Made by a program: the position numbers and the translations under genes. This document shows, piece by piece, positions 44,499 through 57,518 of a stretch of 64,000 nucleotides of DNA; within the stretch, counting starts at the first letter, position 1, and the number at the start of each line of letters is the position of its first letter. Origin of the DNA: Macrostomum hystrix (taxonomy: Eukaryota; Animalia; Platyhelminthes); NCBI GenBank assembly GCA_950097015.1, contig CATNEN010000030.1, positions 1 through 64,000 on the forward strand, in the 5' to 3' direction. Below the pieces are notes generated by a model that was not told the DNA's origin, did not search any database, and worked only from the letters and a program-made list of their open reading frames with translations.

Positions 44499-47400
44499 TC
44501 ACTGGTCATCCGACTCATTCTCAGACTTTACCACGCCAGCTTCATCATCATCTTCCTCAGTCTTTGCAGGGATTTCGTTCTTAACAGCCGCTGCTGATCC
44601 GTCAGCGGCATCCGAGACAGTCGGCTTGACCTCTTCCTCCCGCGCCGGCGCCTCCGCCTTAACCTCGGCCGCGCTGTGTCCGTTGTTGCCATCGTCACCG
44701 TTGGCGCTGTTCTCGGCCGGTGACTCCGCGTCGACCATCTTGGCCTTCTTGGCGTCCGACGCGACGTCGATGATGTCAGCCGGACGAGATTCGCCGTCGT
44801 TAGCGCCAGATCGAGTTGACGGCGATCTAGATCGTCGACGCGACGAAGACTTCTTAGAGGATGACGACTTTTCCACTGATTTCTCAGCCGAACGCCGATG
44901 TCGCCGACGATGCGAGGACGGACTGCGCGAACGGGAAGAGCGACGCTCGCGATCCCGATCTTTGTTCCTGTCGCGATCCCGATCCCTGTCACGATCCCGA
45001 TCCCTGTCACGATCCCGATCCCGACCGCGTTCTTTATCGCGAGAGCGCGACCTAGAACGAGAATCGCGCCTGTGCCGATCGCTCCGATGATGATGATGCC
45101 GTTTGCGCGAGCTCATAGACGAGGATTTCGACCTGCTGCGCCGACGATGATCGCGAGTTCGTCGACTGCTGCGCGAGCGAGAACGAGAAGTTCGGGAGCG
45201 GGATTGCTTCTTGTCGGCGTCAGCGCGGCGATAATCATCTAGGCCGCCGCTGTGCCGACTGCTGCTGTCCCGCCGGCTGCCGCCTCGGCGCTCCTCTCGC
45301 ATGGCTTTCACTGTGGCGCGCAGCTCGCTGAGTCGCTCCCGAATCTCAATGAAGCCCAGATGCAGCTTGCCGCCAAAGTGGTCAGCTAATCGGCGGTCAT
45401 TGTCGTGAATACCGAGAAATGCCGAACAGATTTCGCAGACGCGCAGCTTCTGCTGCTGATAAGTATTGTTAGGCATGCACTCGCGAAACTCCTTCTCAAC
45501 GTCGCCTTTCTTTCTGCTGAGCTCCTCAACCTCTTTCATTAGTTTGAGACTTTCGTCGACTTTGCCCTCGGCGCCAAGTTTCTCGGCATTAGCTAGCTTA
45601 GTGCCAATCTCTTCACCCAGTTTGCTGATCAATTCGGCCTTCTCGCTGGCATCCTCGGAGAGATCGTCCTGGGTGTCGCGTAGTCGCTTCTTCGACTGTT
45701 CGGTGCGACGATCGCAGTCTCCGATGAAGCTCTCCAGACGGTCAAGGGCCTGGGGTGTGAAGAGGCGGAGTTAGTAAAGCAAAATCGAAAAACGCAATGA
45801 TAAGCTACTACAAGTACCGAGAGGTCGGTGGCAGAGCGGTCAAATGCGTTTGCCTCTGGCAATAATGTCCCTAAATTTAAATCCGCGGCGAGGCCACATT
45901 GGGGGCGCAGGGGGCGGAGAGAAGGCTTGTCGTGCAATTTACGCACTTGAGGGCCAACCTCCAAGGCACAGTGATAGTGTACACTGCCTGACGATGAGAA
46001 AGTCAGGACAGATGTGCACACCTGTGTGAGCGTGTGCCTGCGTACAGTATCTGTGTGCCTGTGTGCTCAGGAGTCAGCGAAATGGGCAGAATTGTCTCCT
46101 TGGTGGCTGCGGGTCTAGTGTCACCAAATAATGTGCCATTGCCCGCAGCCCCCCTGCAAATATTATTATTATAATACAAGCAGCAATCACGGAACATCGC
46201 ACATGTTTTTCATGTAACCAATTAAGTCAACTTACATCGTATTCGAAGCAGTATTTCTTGCGATCGCGCGACTGCATATAGTCGGCCTTCAGTGCGAGAT
46301 CGTGCACTTTCTGACAGTCGCCAATATCCATGCGCTGATGATTGCAGTCGCATTGTTGATTGATTGGAAAAGGAAAGGGGTAGGCGGCAAGAAATTATTA
46401 CTTTTATTTGAAACGTTTAGACATATGATTTTTTGTGAAACATCACTTTTTAAAGCCTTAAATTTGCTTCTAAATGAGCATTGAGCACATTGTCTTACAG
46501 TGGAGCCGGCATCAGCTGCAGATAGTTGTTGGCAAATCGGATCGGAAGACTTACTTTTTTGTTAAAGAACAAACGATTCGACCGCGCTGCTTGCAGTAGC
46601 CCACACTTTATAACAATGGGGGGATTAAGACAAGGACAGCTCAGAGGCGGCTGGAGGACAATGGATTAGCGCGCACTGGCCGGACAGAGAGTCAAACACG
46701 ACCTTCGCTTGTTTTAGATGCACAACTTAGGCCAAGTTAAACAAAAGGCTTACAGGTTTCCAACAAGGCTGCCAGTTGTTTCACGACCTCCAGACGATGA
46801 GGAGCTCCTCTGGACTCAGTGGCGCGCACTTTTTACTCATTTTTTCTACTGTAAGTACTTTTACACTTTTTATTATCTATTCTTAAGCTTGCGTATACTT
46901 ATTAAAAAGATAAAGAATTTAATGTGACCGAGAAGTTCCAAATAAGAATAAAAGAAGACTGTGATGCTGAAATGCTGAAATGCTGAAACCCACCTCAGCT
47001 AGTTTAATCTAACTAATCTAATCTAAGCACGGTTTTTATACTCACAAAGTGTCGCATTTCTTAAGTTCGCATTCGCAACGATAGCCTCGAGTTTTTGGCA
47101 GATGAGCGAATGAAAAGCGATATGTGTGTGCTTTAATCAGCAAATTTATACTCCTATAACTTTTAATATAAGATTTCTAATGGTCAGTCTCTCAATAGGA
47201 CGTCAATCTCACTTAATGTGTAGTCGGATACGACGAGTTAGTTTGGACTCACGCAAATTTTGTCACAATATGCGGATTAGAGAATTGTTACTTACCCCGA
47301 TTGGCTACGTACCTAATATTGCACTAGTCAGGTTTGCCATCTGCCTATTGGCTCTTGTTAATCATCTCATCTGTTTTTTTAAACACACTGTGCGCCTGGT

Positions 47401-50400
47401 CAAGCTCGCCATTAGTAACTAGACTAGACGAGCTTGAATTTGGAGCAGAGAGACAGAAACAAAAAAGAGAGGGGAGGAAAGACAATAGTAAGGCGACAGC
47501 GCCAATTAATAAAGCCCATTTATTACTAGATTCATCAGAAATCTATCAATCGATGGCATGGCACTGCTACTCCTTTGTGACATTGAGACTTGCCATTCTA
47601 CTACCTACTTATAAGTAGTCATTCAAGCGTGCTCGAATTATAAAAACCCTGAAAATCTATAAATTATTTACAGATGTAATAATCCTATATTAATAAAAAA
47701 TTTTATTCTTTTTACACTCTATAATGCTTCTTGCATAAATAATTTCAAGGAATCGAGTTCCCATTGATAGTCTAGCAAAATTATAACAAACCAACAGTTT
47801 AACAATTATACTTACCGTGCCTTGGAGAATTTCATGCGGACAGCAGCCTAATAGGAAGCACTTACAGACGCTTGGATCGTCGAAGTGAATCTTTGGGCCT
47901 TCGCCTAAAATGTTTTGGAAAATAAATGTAATCTCAGAATAAGCAACTTACAACAACAGATGACAGCATAGTCTTAAGGAGGAATCCAGAATGACATAAA
48001 ACACATGGCTGTTGCATAGGCTTTACAAACATTTTAATGCCTATGTATGATAGGTTGTTAGGATGTTAAACTTAGTAAACTTCCAACAATATGACAGCTT
48101 AAGGCTCTGGATCTGATAGATAGCCTCTGCAATGGAAGACTATAGAAGGCTATAATGGAATTCTCGTATAATGGAATTTGGAAATACTAGGGAATTCTAT
48201 AGAAGATTACTCATTTATTATAGGATAGGCCTAAAGGATGATAGAAACAACTAGATTCTTGCAATACAGCTTATGTTTTTGTCATTTTTATGAAAATTAC
48301 ATAAAAGTTGATGTGTCCATGTAAATACAGAAATAGACCCCAAATGGACAGCAACAGGACCACAACTGGCTGTAATGTACTACAGTGACAGTTTTTTACT
48401 ATTTTTATAATATTTCTTAAAGAGATTTTATGTGCAAGGAACCACAACAGACTGGCAATAGGCCTAGTTATATTTTTATACATAGCTTAAAGAGCTCTGA
48501 TAAATTCTAGTTAATTATTTGTTTCAATTAAACTTCAATTAAAAATTTAAAAGTAAAACTAATTTATAAAAAATTTAAAATACTTCAATGAACAATGAAC
48601 AATGAACTTAAAGTAGCTGCAAGCTACAGTTTTTATTTAATAAGTTTTTAGTCTCAAATTTTTAGTATGTTTTCATTTAACATACTTAAGCCTGACAGAA
48701 AAGTCTATAGCAGCTATTAGACACCAGTAACTTGATCACCTGTGTCAAGATTTGTTTTACTTTTTGCTGATTTGGGGTTTTTAACAATAAATTGATGCAT
48801 TACTCATAAATCTGAACTTACACATATTTTACTAAGTAATTTATAATATGACACCCATAGTCTAGTAGAAGGCTTGAACTTAAGAACTCATAAACTCAAG
48901 AATTTTGACATATAAGACTTGATCTTCTATGAGGCTATTTGGGACTATCATACATTATTTATTTTTTTGATGTGTAGCAAGTGCAAAAAAAAGAAAAAGT
49001 TAGTTTCTTAATATAATTGTACACCATTGTTGTCTATGCATTACCATTATATTCAACAAAAAACACTTTAGCTTTTTTCTTGTTTTTGCTAGTTTTGAAG
49101 TTGTGCTTAAAACAAAATTACTTGCTTTTTTATTGTTTAAAAATATATAACACTACATACATGCGCAACCTCGCAAATCTTAGCCAGCTGTGCGACTTTG
49201 TTTTTGCTCTATTTATGACTTAGTTTGCTCTCATTTGCGACTTAGTTTGTTTCATTGGTTAATTTACGACTTAGTTTGCTCTTATTTGCTCTCTTTTTCT
49301 CTCCCCTTTTTCCTTTTCTTCATGCCTTTCTTTTTGCTTGGCCCTCATTTCACCCGGCCAGTTTGACCGGGTCGGCCGGGTGTTGCACATGTATATAACA
49401 CTATACAAATATAATTGCTCAATTTATAGATAATATTAGATAAACGATCTCTGAAATTTCAAAGCAATTCAGAGCTTTTAAGTAAGATAATATTCAATTT
49501 ATTTATAGCATACATCAGTGAATACTAAAAAGTAGGTCATTATTCTAATGTAGATATACAGAATGTACTTAACACTCTTAGCAAAATTTGCAAAGTTGGT
49601 AAAAATTTCACTAGAGTTTCAGAACAGATCAATGAGACATCAGCAGCTCTTTAAAATGTATAAAATAAATAATATAAATGATTGCCTTGGTCCCATTGTA
49701 GTCGGTTGCACTCCAATCGCAGTCTTTTATAGTCCACATTGACCCTAATTTGACAATTAACTTTTTATAAAAAACTATTATTAGCAAAGTTGAACTGAAA
49801 ACTTTACATTTACACATTTCTTAAAAGTTACAGGTAAGCTTAACAGATATTAAGTAAACAAAGTCAAGTTTAAATTCATTGGAAAACCAAAAGTATTTTA
49901 TAAGATTTAAGTTCAAGAAGCCTACAAATTGGATAGTTGTACTGGATATAAATATAAGAAGAAGAATATTATTAATTAAAACTGCCCCAATAAAATTAAA
50001 ACTGTCCTAATTAAAACTGCACTAATTAAAATTGCCCTAGACACTATCTAGGATCCTAGACACCTAGACCTAGTCATCTTACAACTTCATCATCCACTTG
50101 GAAAGTAGGACACTTCATCATCTACTAATAACAAGCAATCAAGTTTGTCATCAATAAAGTGAGGGTGGGATGGTAGGGCAGAGATATGAACACACGTCAC
50201 ACTAAATTGTCAAAAAAGAGGTGTCAAAACTGATTTCATTATAAGAGTTTAAAGATAGGTGCCAACATGATGTGAGGAGGTGGGGAGGGGTGGTTCTGTT
50301 CTAACTTTGAAAACTTCTGTTTTATAGATGACAAAGTGTCCACAAGTCTGTCTCTTCGTCATCCACCCTCTGAGATATTGGACAGATTGTCATCTGGATG

Positions 50401-51082
50401 ACAAAGCTGTAAGATGACGAAGTATCCAGGTACCACCCCAATTGGGTCAGATGTGCAGCCAACAGCAAAGCTGCAGCTATTGTGTGGCACATCAAAAGGC
50501 TGCATATAGCTGTTCAAGCTATGGACTTGGGGATGCCACACCCACCCTCAATTATACTAGCTAGGCCTAATGTTGGTACCCAATTTACAGCTGAGTGAAA
50601 TGAAGCAATGCAGAGTGAAGTGTCTTGCTAAAGGACACAAATTGTTTCAGTTAAGTTGGAAATTAAACCCCTGATCTTCAATTTGTGAGTCCAACGCCCT
50701 AACAGCATCTTGTAGTCTAGTTTATGTAAATTTATTTGTAGTCAATGTGAATGAATCATTCAATATAGCCATAGGAAAGTGAAAGAAAGTCAAGAATTTT
50801 GAATGGTCTTTACATTACGCTGTACAACAGCTAACTAAGCTAAGTCTGTTCTTAAAGGTGTAAATTTTTTTTCCCTTTTTTACTTGCAAATCAGAAAAAT
50901 AGTACAGGCAAAGCCACCTTCTAAGCAAAAGAAAGAAACTAAAATTAAACTAAACAAAATACAACTTACTAAACTAAGAAAAAATATAATTAGACCTAGT
51001 GACCTAGTCCGTACTCCTTACCATCTCGATTGGTGCCCATCAGCTCATCGAGCATAGCACGCATATGCTCTGTAGCAGACAT
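44499..51082 (-). CDS. LUC7L: LUC7-like U1 snRNP-associated splicing factor (LUC7L/LUC7L2 type), 499 aa
   Basis: Exons 51082-51022 (MSATEHMRAMLDELMGTNRDG), 47904-47816 (ZnF1 VCKCFLLGCCPHE), 46334-46236 and 45749-44499 (ZnF2 LRVCEICSAFL...DHFGGKLH plus RS/RD domain); phase-consistent, 1500 nt. Confidence 0.95.
45817..46172 (+). mobile_element. Full-length SINE family A copy, LUC7L intron 3
   Basis: Head GGTGGCAGAGCGG, internal GTGTACAC hairpin, end GCCCGCAGCCCCCTGCAAA(TAT)n. Confidence 0.85.
50431..50703 (-). mobile_element. CpG-decayed SINE family B copy, LUC7L intron 1
   Basis: Colinear with 36084-36369. Confidence 0.85.
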
Positions 51083-51684
51083 TTTTCAGTATTAAAGAAA
51101 GAAAGCGAAGGTGATAGAATCAATCTTTACGTCTTTACTATCCAAGTTGTCAGGACCTGTCCGTAACTATGTGAACTGTAGTTTAGTTGATAAAAGCTTG
51201 ACTGACTGATGATCGGATCTCAATCTATTGATTCAAATTGCAAAAAAAGGATGCAATTTAAATCAGCGAGGTAATGAATATATATGTTATAACAAAGTGT
51301 ACATCACGTATAAATTTATCGCTCATAAAAAAATTTAGATGCTTATTAACAGCAAAGTCTGCCATAAATGTTTCTTAACTAAATGTTTAGGCTAACTTAA
51401 AATCTATACTAAGATTTAAAACGATTTTAAATCAGACAATTGTTATATAACTGAATACCTGAAAGTCGAAGTCGACCAGACGACGACAAAGCAAAATCGA
51501 TGACCTTTTGCGGGAAGTGAACAAATGATAATGTAAATTTGATTTAACAGTATTATGTACAAAGACTATAATCTTGACGGTAAAGCTTTTGAATTGTGAC
51601 GCTTTTTGCTCCAGAGCTAGACTTTAGAGTACACTCGAAGTTGTCCATGGCATTTGCTCGACAGCTTCAACCCTTATAACTCAC

Positions 51685-51797
51685 GATGTCATTCCAGGCG
51701 AGGTTCGCCGTAGTTGCCACTAGATCGAGTTGACAGCGATTTAGATCATCGATAGGACGAAGACTTTTGGAACACGAACAAATGCCGACGATGCGAG
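51685..51797 (-). pseudogene. Decayed partial duplicate of LUC7L exon 4 (RS-region segment)
   Basis: AGATCGAGTTGAC(A/G)GCGAT(T/C)TAGATC(A/G)TCGA...GACGAAGACTT and GCCGACGATGCGAG are shared with 44770-44920; in-frame CGA>TGA stop. Confidence 0.8.
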
Positions 51798-53120
51798 ACT
51801 CATTAGCATAAATCCCGTGACCATAAGACTAAAGCTCATAACCAAATCTTGCTCATTCATTCGAACTCGAATTCATTCGATAAGGATTAACAAAGCAGAA
51901 GAGCACAATCAATCAAACTAGATTAAATATTTAGGGTATAGCAATCATTCATGTTCAGTCGATAGTTCGTTTTAACTACGCATGTAATTGAAAATACGGG
52001 TAAGCACTAACATTTGCTTAGAATAAAAAGAAAATTCTAAATAACAACTGAAAACGTTGTTGAATAACGTCAAGCCGACCTTCACTTTCTACTGCAGAAG
52101 TATCGATAATTTATATAATATTTAATACAGAAAGCTGACCGCGGTTCCATAACTGCGGTCAGCGCTGAAAAAATAATATCACGAGCCTTTAAAATACGTA
52201 TAACTCGAAATTTAGACCGAGCATCAACTTACAATGATAATCCATCATCAAGTGGAGGCTGAGATAGAGCAAGTCGTGATCACAAACAGAGAAAGTTAGC
52301 TAGGTCTCTTTTCTCATTATAAAAATCTACAAAATGATAATAGACAGATTTTATTAATGCACAAGACTTCGGATAGAAATCCCCATATTAAGAAATAAAC
52401 AAGTAAGAGGAATATTTTATAAAAATGGGACATTCGCTATAAGGCTGTACGGGGATATGTTTTAACATAAAAGCTGGCGAAAGGCGAATCAACGCCATCT
52501 GCTTATAGCTACGTGCACACGTTCAAGTTTCTATTTGCCTATGAAGCATAAACCATTTCAAAAGAGCCACGGTGAAACAGTACAAGTCTGCTGACAGCTT
52601 TTGTGCACGAAGACGTTTTGGGAATGTAAGAAGCAAAAAATAAATATCAATAGAATATTAACATCAGATAACATAAATATGAAGCAAGTACTCTTTAAAG
52701 TTTACTTCAGCTACAATCATAAATCATTAGTTCTCATTCACTGCCCATTATAACTTATTTCTTCGGATTCACAAGGTAAAGAACAACATTTTGGTTGACT
52801 GATTGCCAAAAATGACGGAGAAGAAAATTCGGAAACAATTTAGCTGTGAAATTAGTGCACCGTATCCATGGTCCATTAAAAACACGACAGATCAGAAGCT
52901 AATTATACTTTCGAAAACCCGAAGTACAGGCCCGCCATCTCACTGAAGACCATTCTGTTGCTTCTAGGAGCTCTAACTTTACATACTTATATAGATTTCG
53001 AGACAAACAATGCCCTGCTATAATCTAATAAGCTCCACATTTAAAGCAAACCTTGGTAAATATTCTAAAGTAAACTCAAGTCACCTTATTGTGCTCAACC
53101 TTCCGTTACAAAAACAAATT

Positions 53121-56100
53121 TTAGTACTTTCGACTGTCCCGTCCCGAGGGTGAAACGCTCCGGGTCCGTACCAAGGACGTGCCGCCAGCGCCGCCCATGC
53201 CGGCGACGGCGCCGCTTCGACTACTTCGCCCACTGAGCCGACCGCTGCCGGATGCCTCCAGTGGTCGTCGACATGAGCATCGGCTAAGACGACAAGCCGG
53301 GCAGGGCGGTGGCCGCCGAGGTTGCTGCTTGGAGGCCGCCGACAGGCTCAGCTGATGCTGCTGAGCGTCTGCGTAACCGTCGAGGAAGCTGGTCTGCATA
53401 TCCTGAATGGCCTCGTTGGCTGCCACCGCGGTGTACACGTTGCTCTGGTGAGCTTGGATCAATCGTTCAAGCCGGTTGACAATTTCGTAGTCAGGCACAG
53501 CCAGAGACTCAACGTCTAGGCCGAGCATGCGGCCGACCACGGCGCGCAGGTCGAGGAGCTGGTGCTCGCGTCTCCTGGCCTCCTCCAGGGCAGACTTTGT
53601 TGTACGCAGTTCGCTCGTCAGGCTGGTCAGAGCGCCTTCTGCTGCCGAGCTCTTGTCGCCTAGTTCCCTTTGGCGAGCCTCGACCTCCGTCTTTAGCAGG
53701 GAAATCTTCTTGGCCTGCTTCTGCCGCACCTGCTCCAGCTTCTCCATGGTCCCCTCAAGGGCGGCCAGCTCGCGGTCCTGCTCCAGAGCCGCCAGCTTCA
53801 GATTGCTGCATTCCAGTAGCTGCGCCTTCAGGCTGACAATCTCAGCTCGCGCCTGCTCAAGCAAGGCCTGAGTCTTCTCCAGCTGCTTCTGCAGACGCCG
53901 AACCCGGCCGCTCTCACTGTCGCGCTCGCGTTCGATTTCCACGCGGCCGGAGGCTCGCTCCTCCAGCTGGGCGATCTTCTTGCGCAACAGGTCCATGTGA
54001 AGGTCGCGCGATTCCAGCTGCTCTTTGAGCGCCTTGGCCTTGCGCTGCAGGCTGTAGACGGTGCTAGCCTTGTCGTGCGCGGCGTCGTCAGATAGGCGAG
54101 CGAGCTGCTGAGCCCGAGCCAGCAGGGCGTCGCCGAGCATGTCAAATCCGATATCGGCCCCAACCTGCAGGTGAAAAGGAAAAAAAGAATTCCATTTTTT
54201 GGTTAATTAGCTTTAATATCTTGTTTCACCCAACCTTGTCACAGCGAGAGGTTTCGCTTGGTGTTTGACAACTCACCTGGTCCATCTTCATGGCCTCGGC
54301 CATCTGTTGCATGTACTTGTAGAACTTCTGCCTGTCCGCCGCCAGGCCGTCGCGGACCACATCGCCGGCGGCCAGTTCGCTCTCCATGGCGCGGAGCCGC
54401 TCGTGCATGTCCCGCAGCTCAACCTCGGCTCGCCTGGCCATGGCCTCCCGCTCTCGACTGTTCTTCACCTGCGCCTCCAGCTGCTTGGCAGCGTTGCGCG
54501 AGCGCTCCTCGTGGGCCGCCGACGCCTCCGCCTGTTCTTTGAGATCGCGACAGAGGGCCCGCACGCGCTCTTTGACGGCCTCCTCGGTGGCGCTCACGTG
54601 ACTGTAGTGGGTGCTCAGCGTGGAGGCCAGCGACTGCAGCAGAGCCGAAAGCTGGCGCTCGCTGTCCTCGGCCCGGAGCTGCAGCTCGCGGCTTGTCGAA
54701 TCGACCTGAAATCGTGGCAGCAGTGCGCACATGAGCACAAAAACTGCTCAGCGTTACTTAGTGCTCATATCAAAGATCACATAGATTTCTGTGAGCTTCT
54801 GTGGCTTCCAGATTTATTTCTTTCTTTTTCTTTCTTGCATATGTCATAGATAAATTTCGTCCTTCATTATGAACTAGTTTATAAAGTCATCCGAGGCAGC
54901 ATCGTCAGATATTCGGCTATTCTTATAGAAAACCCTTGCGAAAAGACATGTAACTTTGGCGAATCGAAATTGGTTCAAATCTGGAAATAAATAACAATTT
55001 AATCAATCCAAAGTAGGCAACAATAACAGCCGACAGGGTTACATAAAAAAATTTAGTGCAGATAAAATGTGCCTTTACTTGTGGTTCTAGTCACCAGACA
55101 CTGCGACAAGAATCGTCGAATATCTCGACGATGCCGATGTTTTTTGTTTCTTGAAGTTGTTTAATCGAATAGAGCGGTCTATCTACTGTTAACACACGTA
55201 CCCTAGCAACGTGTCCATCCTTCTCGGCCAGCTCTGCCTTAGTGGCGTCCAGCACCCTTCGATTGGACTCCAACCTGGCCTCCAGCAGCTCAACCTGTCT
55301 GGCCAGATCATCGCGTTCGGCAGTCAATTTCTCCGTCTCCGTGCGGAACTCGGTCTGGTGGGTCTGGTAGGCCGCCACGGCCCGGTGCTCGCGATTGACC
55401 TCGGCCAGGAGTCGCTGGATTGTCTCACGGTTGGCGCGCACCTCGGCCTCGTGAGCAGCCAGTTGCTCATCCTGGCTTCGAGTGCGGGCCCGCAGCGACG
55501 CGACCTCCTGACGAATCATGTGGTGCAATTAGCTTTGAATTAAGATGTCGTATAGCCACATCATTGCAGCTTATATCGTGATATACGAGCATAGTTTATA
55601 TTACTTGATACTTTCCATAGTCGTCAATCAGGACGCTTTTCAAATGTCCTAGAAAAATGACTAGGTTCACTCACCTGGGCTAGGCTAGACGCTCTATTAA
55701 TCAGCGTCTCCATGCTAGACGACTCCCCAGCCTCCAGGTGGTAGGCCAGGCTGGCTGTGAACTCCGTCAGCCGGCGCTCGGCCCCCGACCGGCCGGCGTC
55801 ACGCGCGTCCCGATCTGCCAGTCTAGCCTCGAGGTCGCGAACTCGATCCTGGGCGCCGCGCAGCTGCTCCTGAAGTTCGTGCAACACCAGGCCGCTCCGC
55901 GACTTCACCTCCTCGTAGGAACCGCGCGTCACCTCGCAGCAGTCTATCTGGCGCGAAAGCTCCGCGTTCAGCGCCAACTGGCGCGCATTGTCCTCTCGCA
56001 GACGGTCGGCCTCTCCGCGATAGCGCTGCACCGCGTCCAGCGCCGAGTCCAATTCCAGCTGCTTCTCGCGCAGCTTCGCCTGCAGGCCGTCGACTTTGAC

Positions 56101-57382
56101 GCGCATCGCGGCGACTTCACTGCGCGCTGAAGGGCAGGCGGTGATGCCGCAGTGGGCGTGTTCTGGGACGCCGCCTCCATTGACGCCGGAAGACCAGAGA
56201 CCGGCCCCGACTGCCGCGTCACGGCTGTTTGGGTACGGCCGAGATATTTCGTTGAAATACGAGCTAAGTAAAGCTATGGCCACATTGAGTCATTGCGACA
56301 CTAATAAAATCAACTCACCTCGTGAGCTCTCGAATGACTTCCTCTCGACGGCGCAGCTCCTCTCGCTGACTCCTCAGCTGGTCTTGTAGCTGCGATTTGA
56401 GTAAATAAATATAATAGGGCATAGAAAACGTCAAAAATTTTAACAAGAACACACCGATTCCCTAGCAGTAAACTATTTATCTAGTATTAACTAGCAATAT
56501 CTTAAATGTTAAAAATACTGCTATGATTTACTGTTTGTATTTTCACTTTTTATAACTTAATGTTCAGCCAATAAAATATGCGCATCAAAAGCAAGAAAAA
56601 TTATATCCACCTCAGCTAGTTTCCTTTTCGAAGAAAATTAACGTAGCTAAAATGAATATTAACATTTCTTATTGCTTGTGAGTAACTTTTCGAATGACAT
56701 GAATGACGGTTGTTGAAAAAAAGTGAACTGGTAGATTGTCTCATAATAAATAATAAACCAAGTTTATAAAGCATCTCCTCATTCTCACTCGAAATTAGAA
56801 ATGTTAAGATATTAAGGGTTTGAATGCTTAGCATGTAAAATTAACCAATACAAATATTCAAAGTACTATGATGCGACTGAACATATGACCTAAATAGCAG
56901 TATACACATATTAATTTACAGCATTCAGAATAGCAGGATAGCAAAATAGTTATAATTTGCACTTAAAATGAAAAAAATCATTTTTTAAGTATTAAAAACT
57001 ATTGAACAACATAGTAATCACATAAATTTAGTAATAAGATTTAAGTATCAGAACGATGAGTGATGACCAAGAAAGGTATAAAGTATCATTGAAAATATCT
57101 GCATGAGATTTAAGAAAAGACCACGAGATAATTTGGTATAATTGATAAACGCTCTCAACCTAGAGATCTCAACTCATTTTTTTATCAATTAAAATAGCTA
57201 TTGTTTTCTTCAATCGCTAGAAAAAAAAATGCTAGCAAATTTCATCCAGTCCTTACCTCGTACATTTGGCGAGCTCTGGAAGCTGATTCGCCAGCTTCAT
57301 CATCAAGTTTCCAAACTTCCCTTGGTTTCGGCCTGTGAATGCTGGGCAGACCGTCAGCTTCTGAACTTGTGTATGTTGCCAT
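53121..57382 (-). CDS. CCDC170: Coiled-coil domain-containing protein 170 homolog, ~854 aa
   Basis: Exons 57382-57257, 56389-56319, 56263-55675, 55507-55202, 54705-54277 and 54164-53121, phase-consistent; long coiled coil with family-like motifs MKMDQVGADIGFDMLGDALLARAQQL and LGLDVESLAVPDYEIVNRLERLI. Confidence 0.85.
55085..55185. repeat. Short dispersed repeat, homologous to 36595-36700
   Basis: See 36595-36700. Confidence 0.75.
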
Positions 57383-57504
57383 AGAATGCAAATAAATTAT
57401 GCTGTAATTAGAAAGGGTGTTCCTCAAGTTCGTTCGTTTTCCCAAAAGTCGAAGAATGACACTTTGTGTACTAAACTGAAAAACTGCGTTCACAAAAATT
57501 CACC

Positions 57505-57518
57505 GTTGCCATAGCAGC
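57505..57518. promoter_or_regulatory. RFX X-box
   Basis: GTTGCCATAGCAGC, one mismatch from GTTGCCATAGCAAC, 123 bp upstream of the CCDC170 ATG and between divergent CCDC170 and CFAP44. Confidence 0.65.

Noticed and set aside
46990-56625. Shared 16-mer CCACCTCAGCTAGTTT at ~46991 and ~56608
   Set aside because: Too short, and the flanks do not extend the match.
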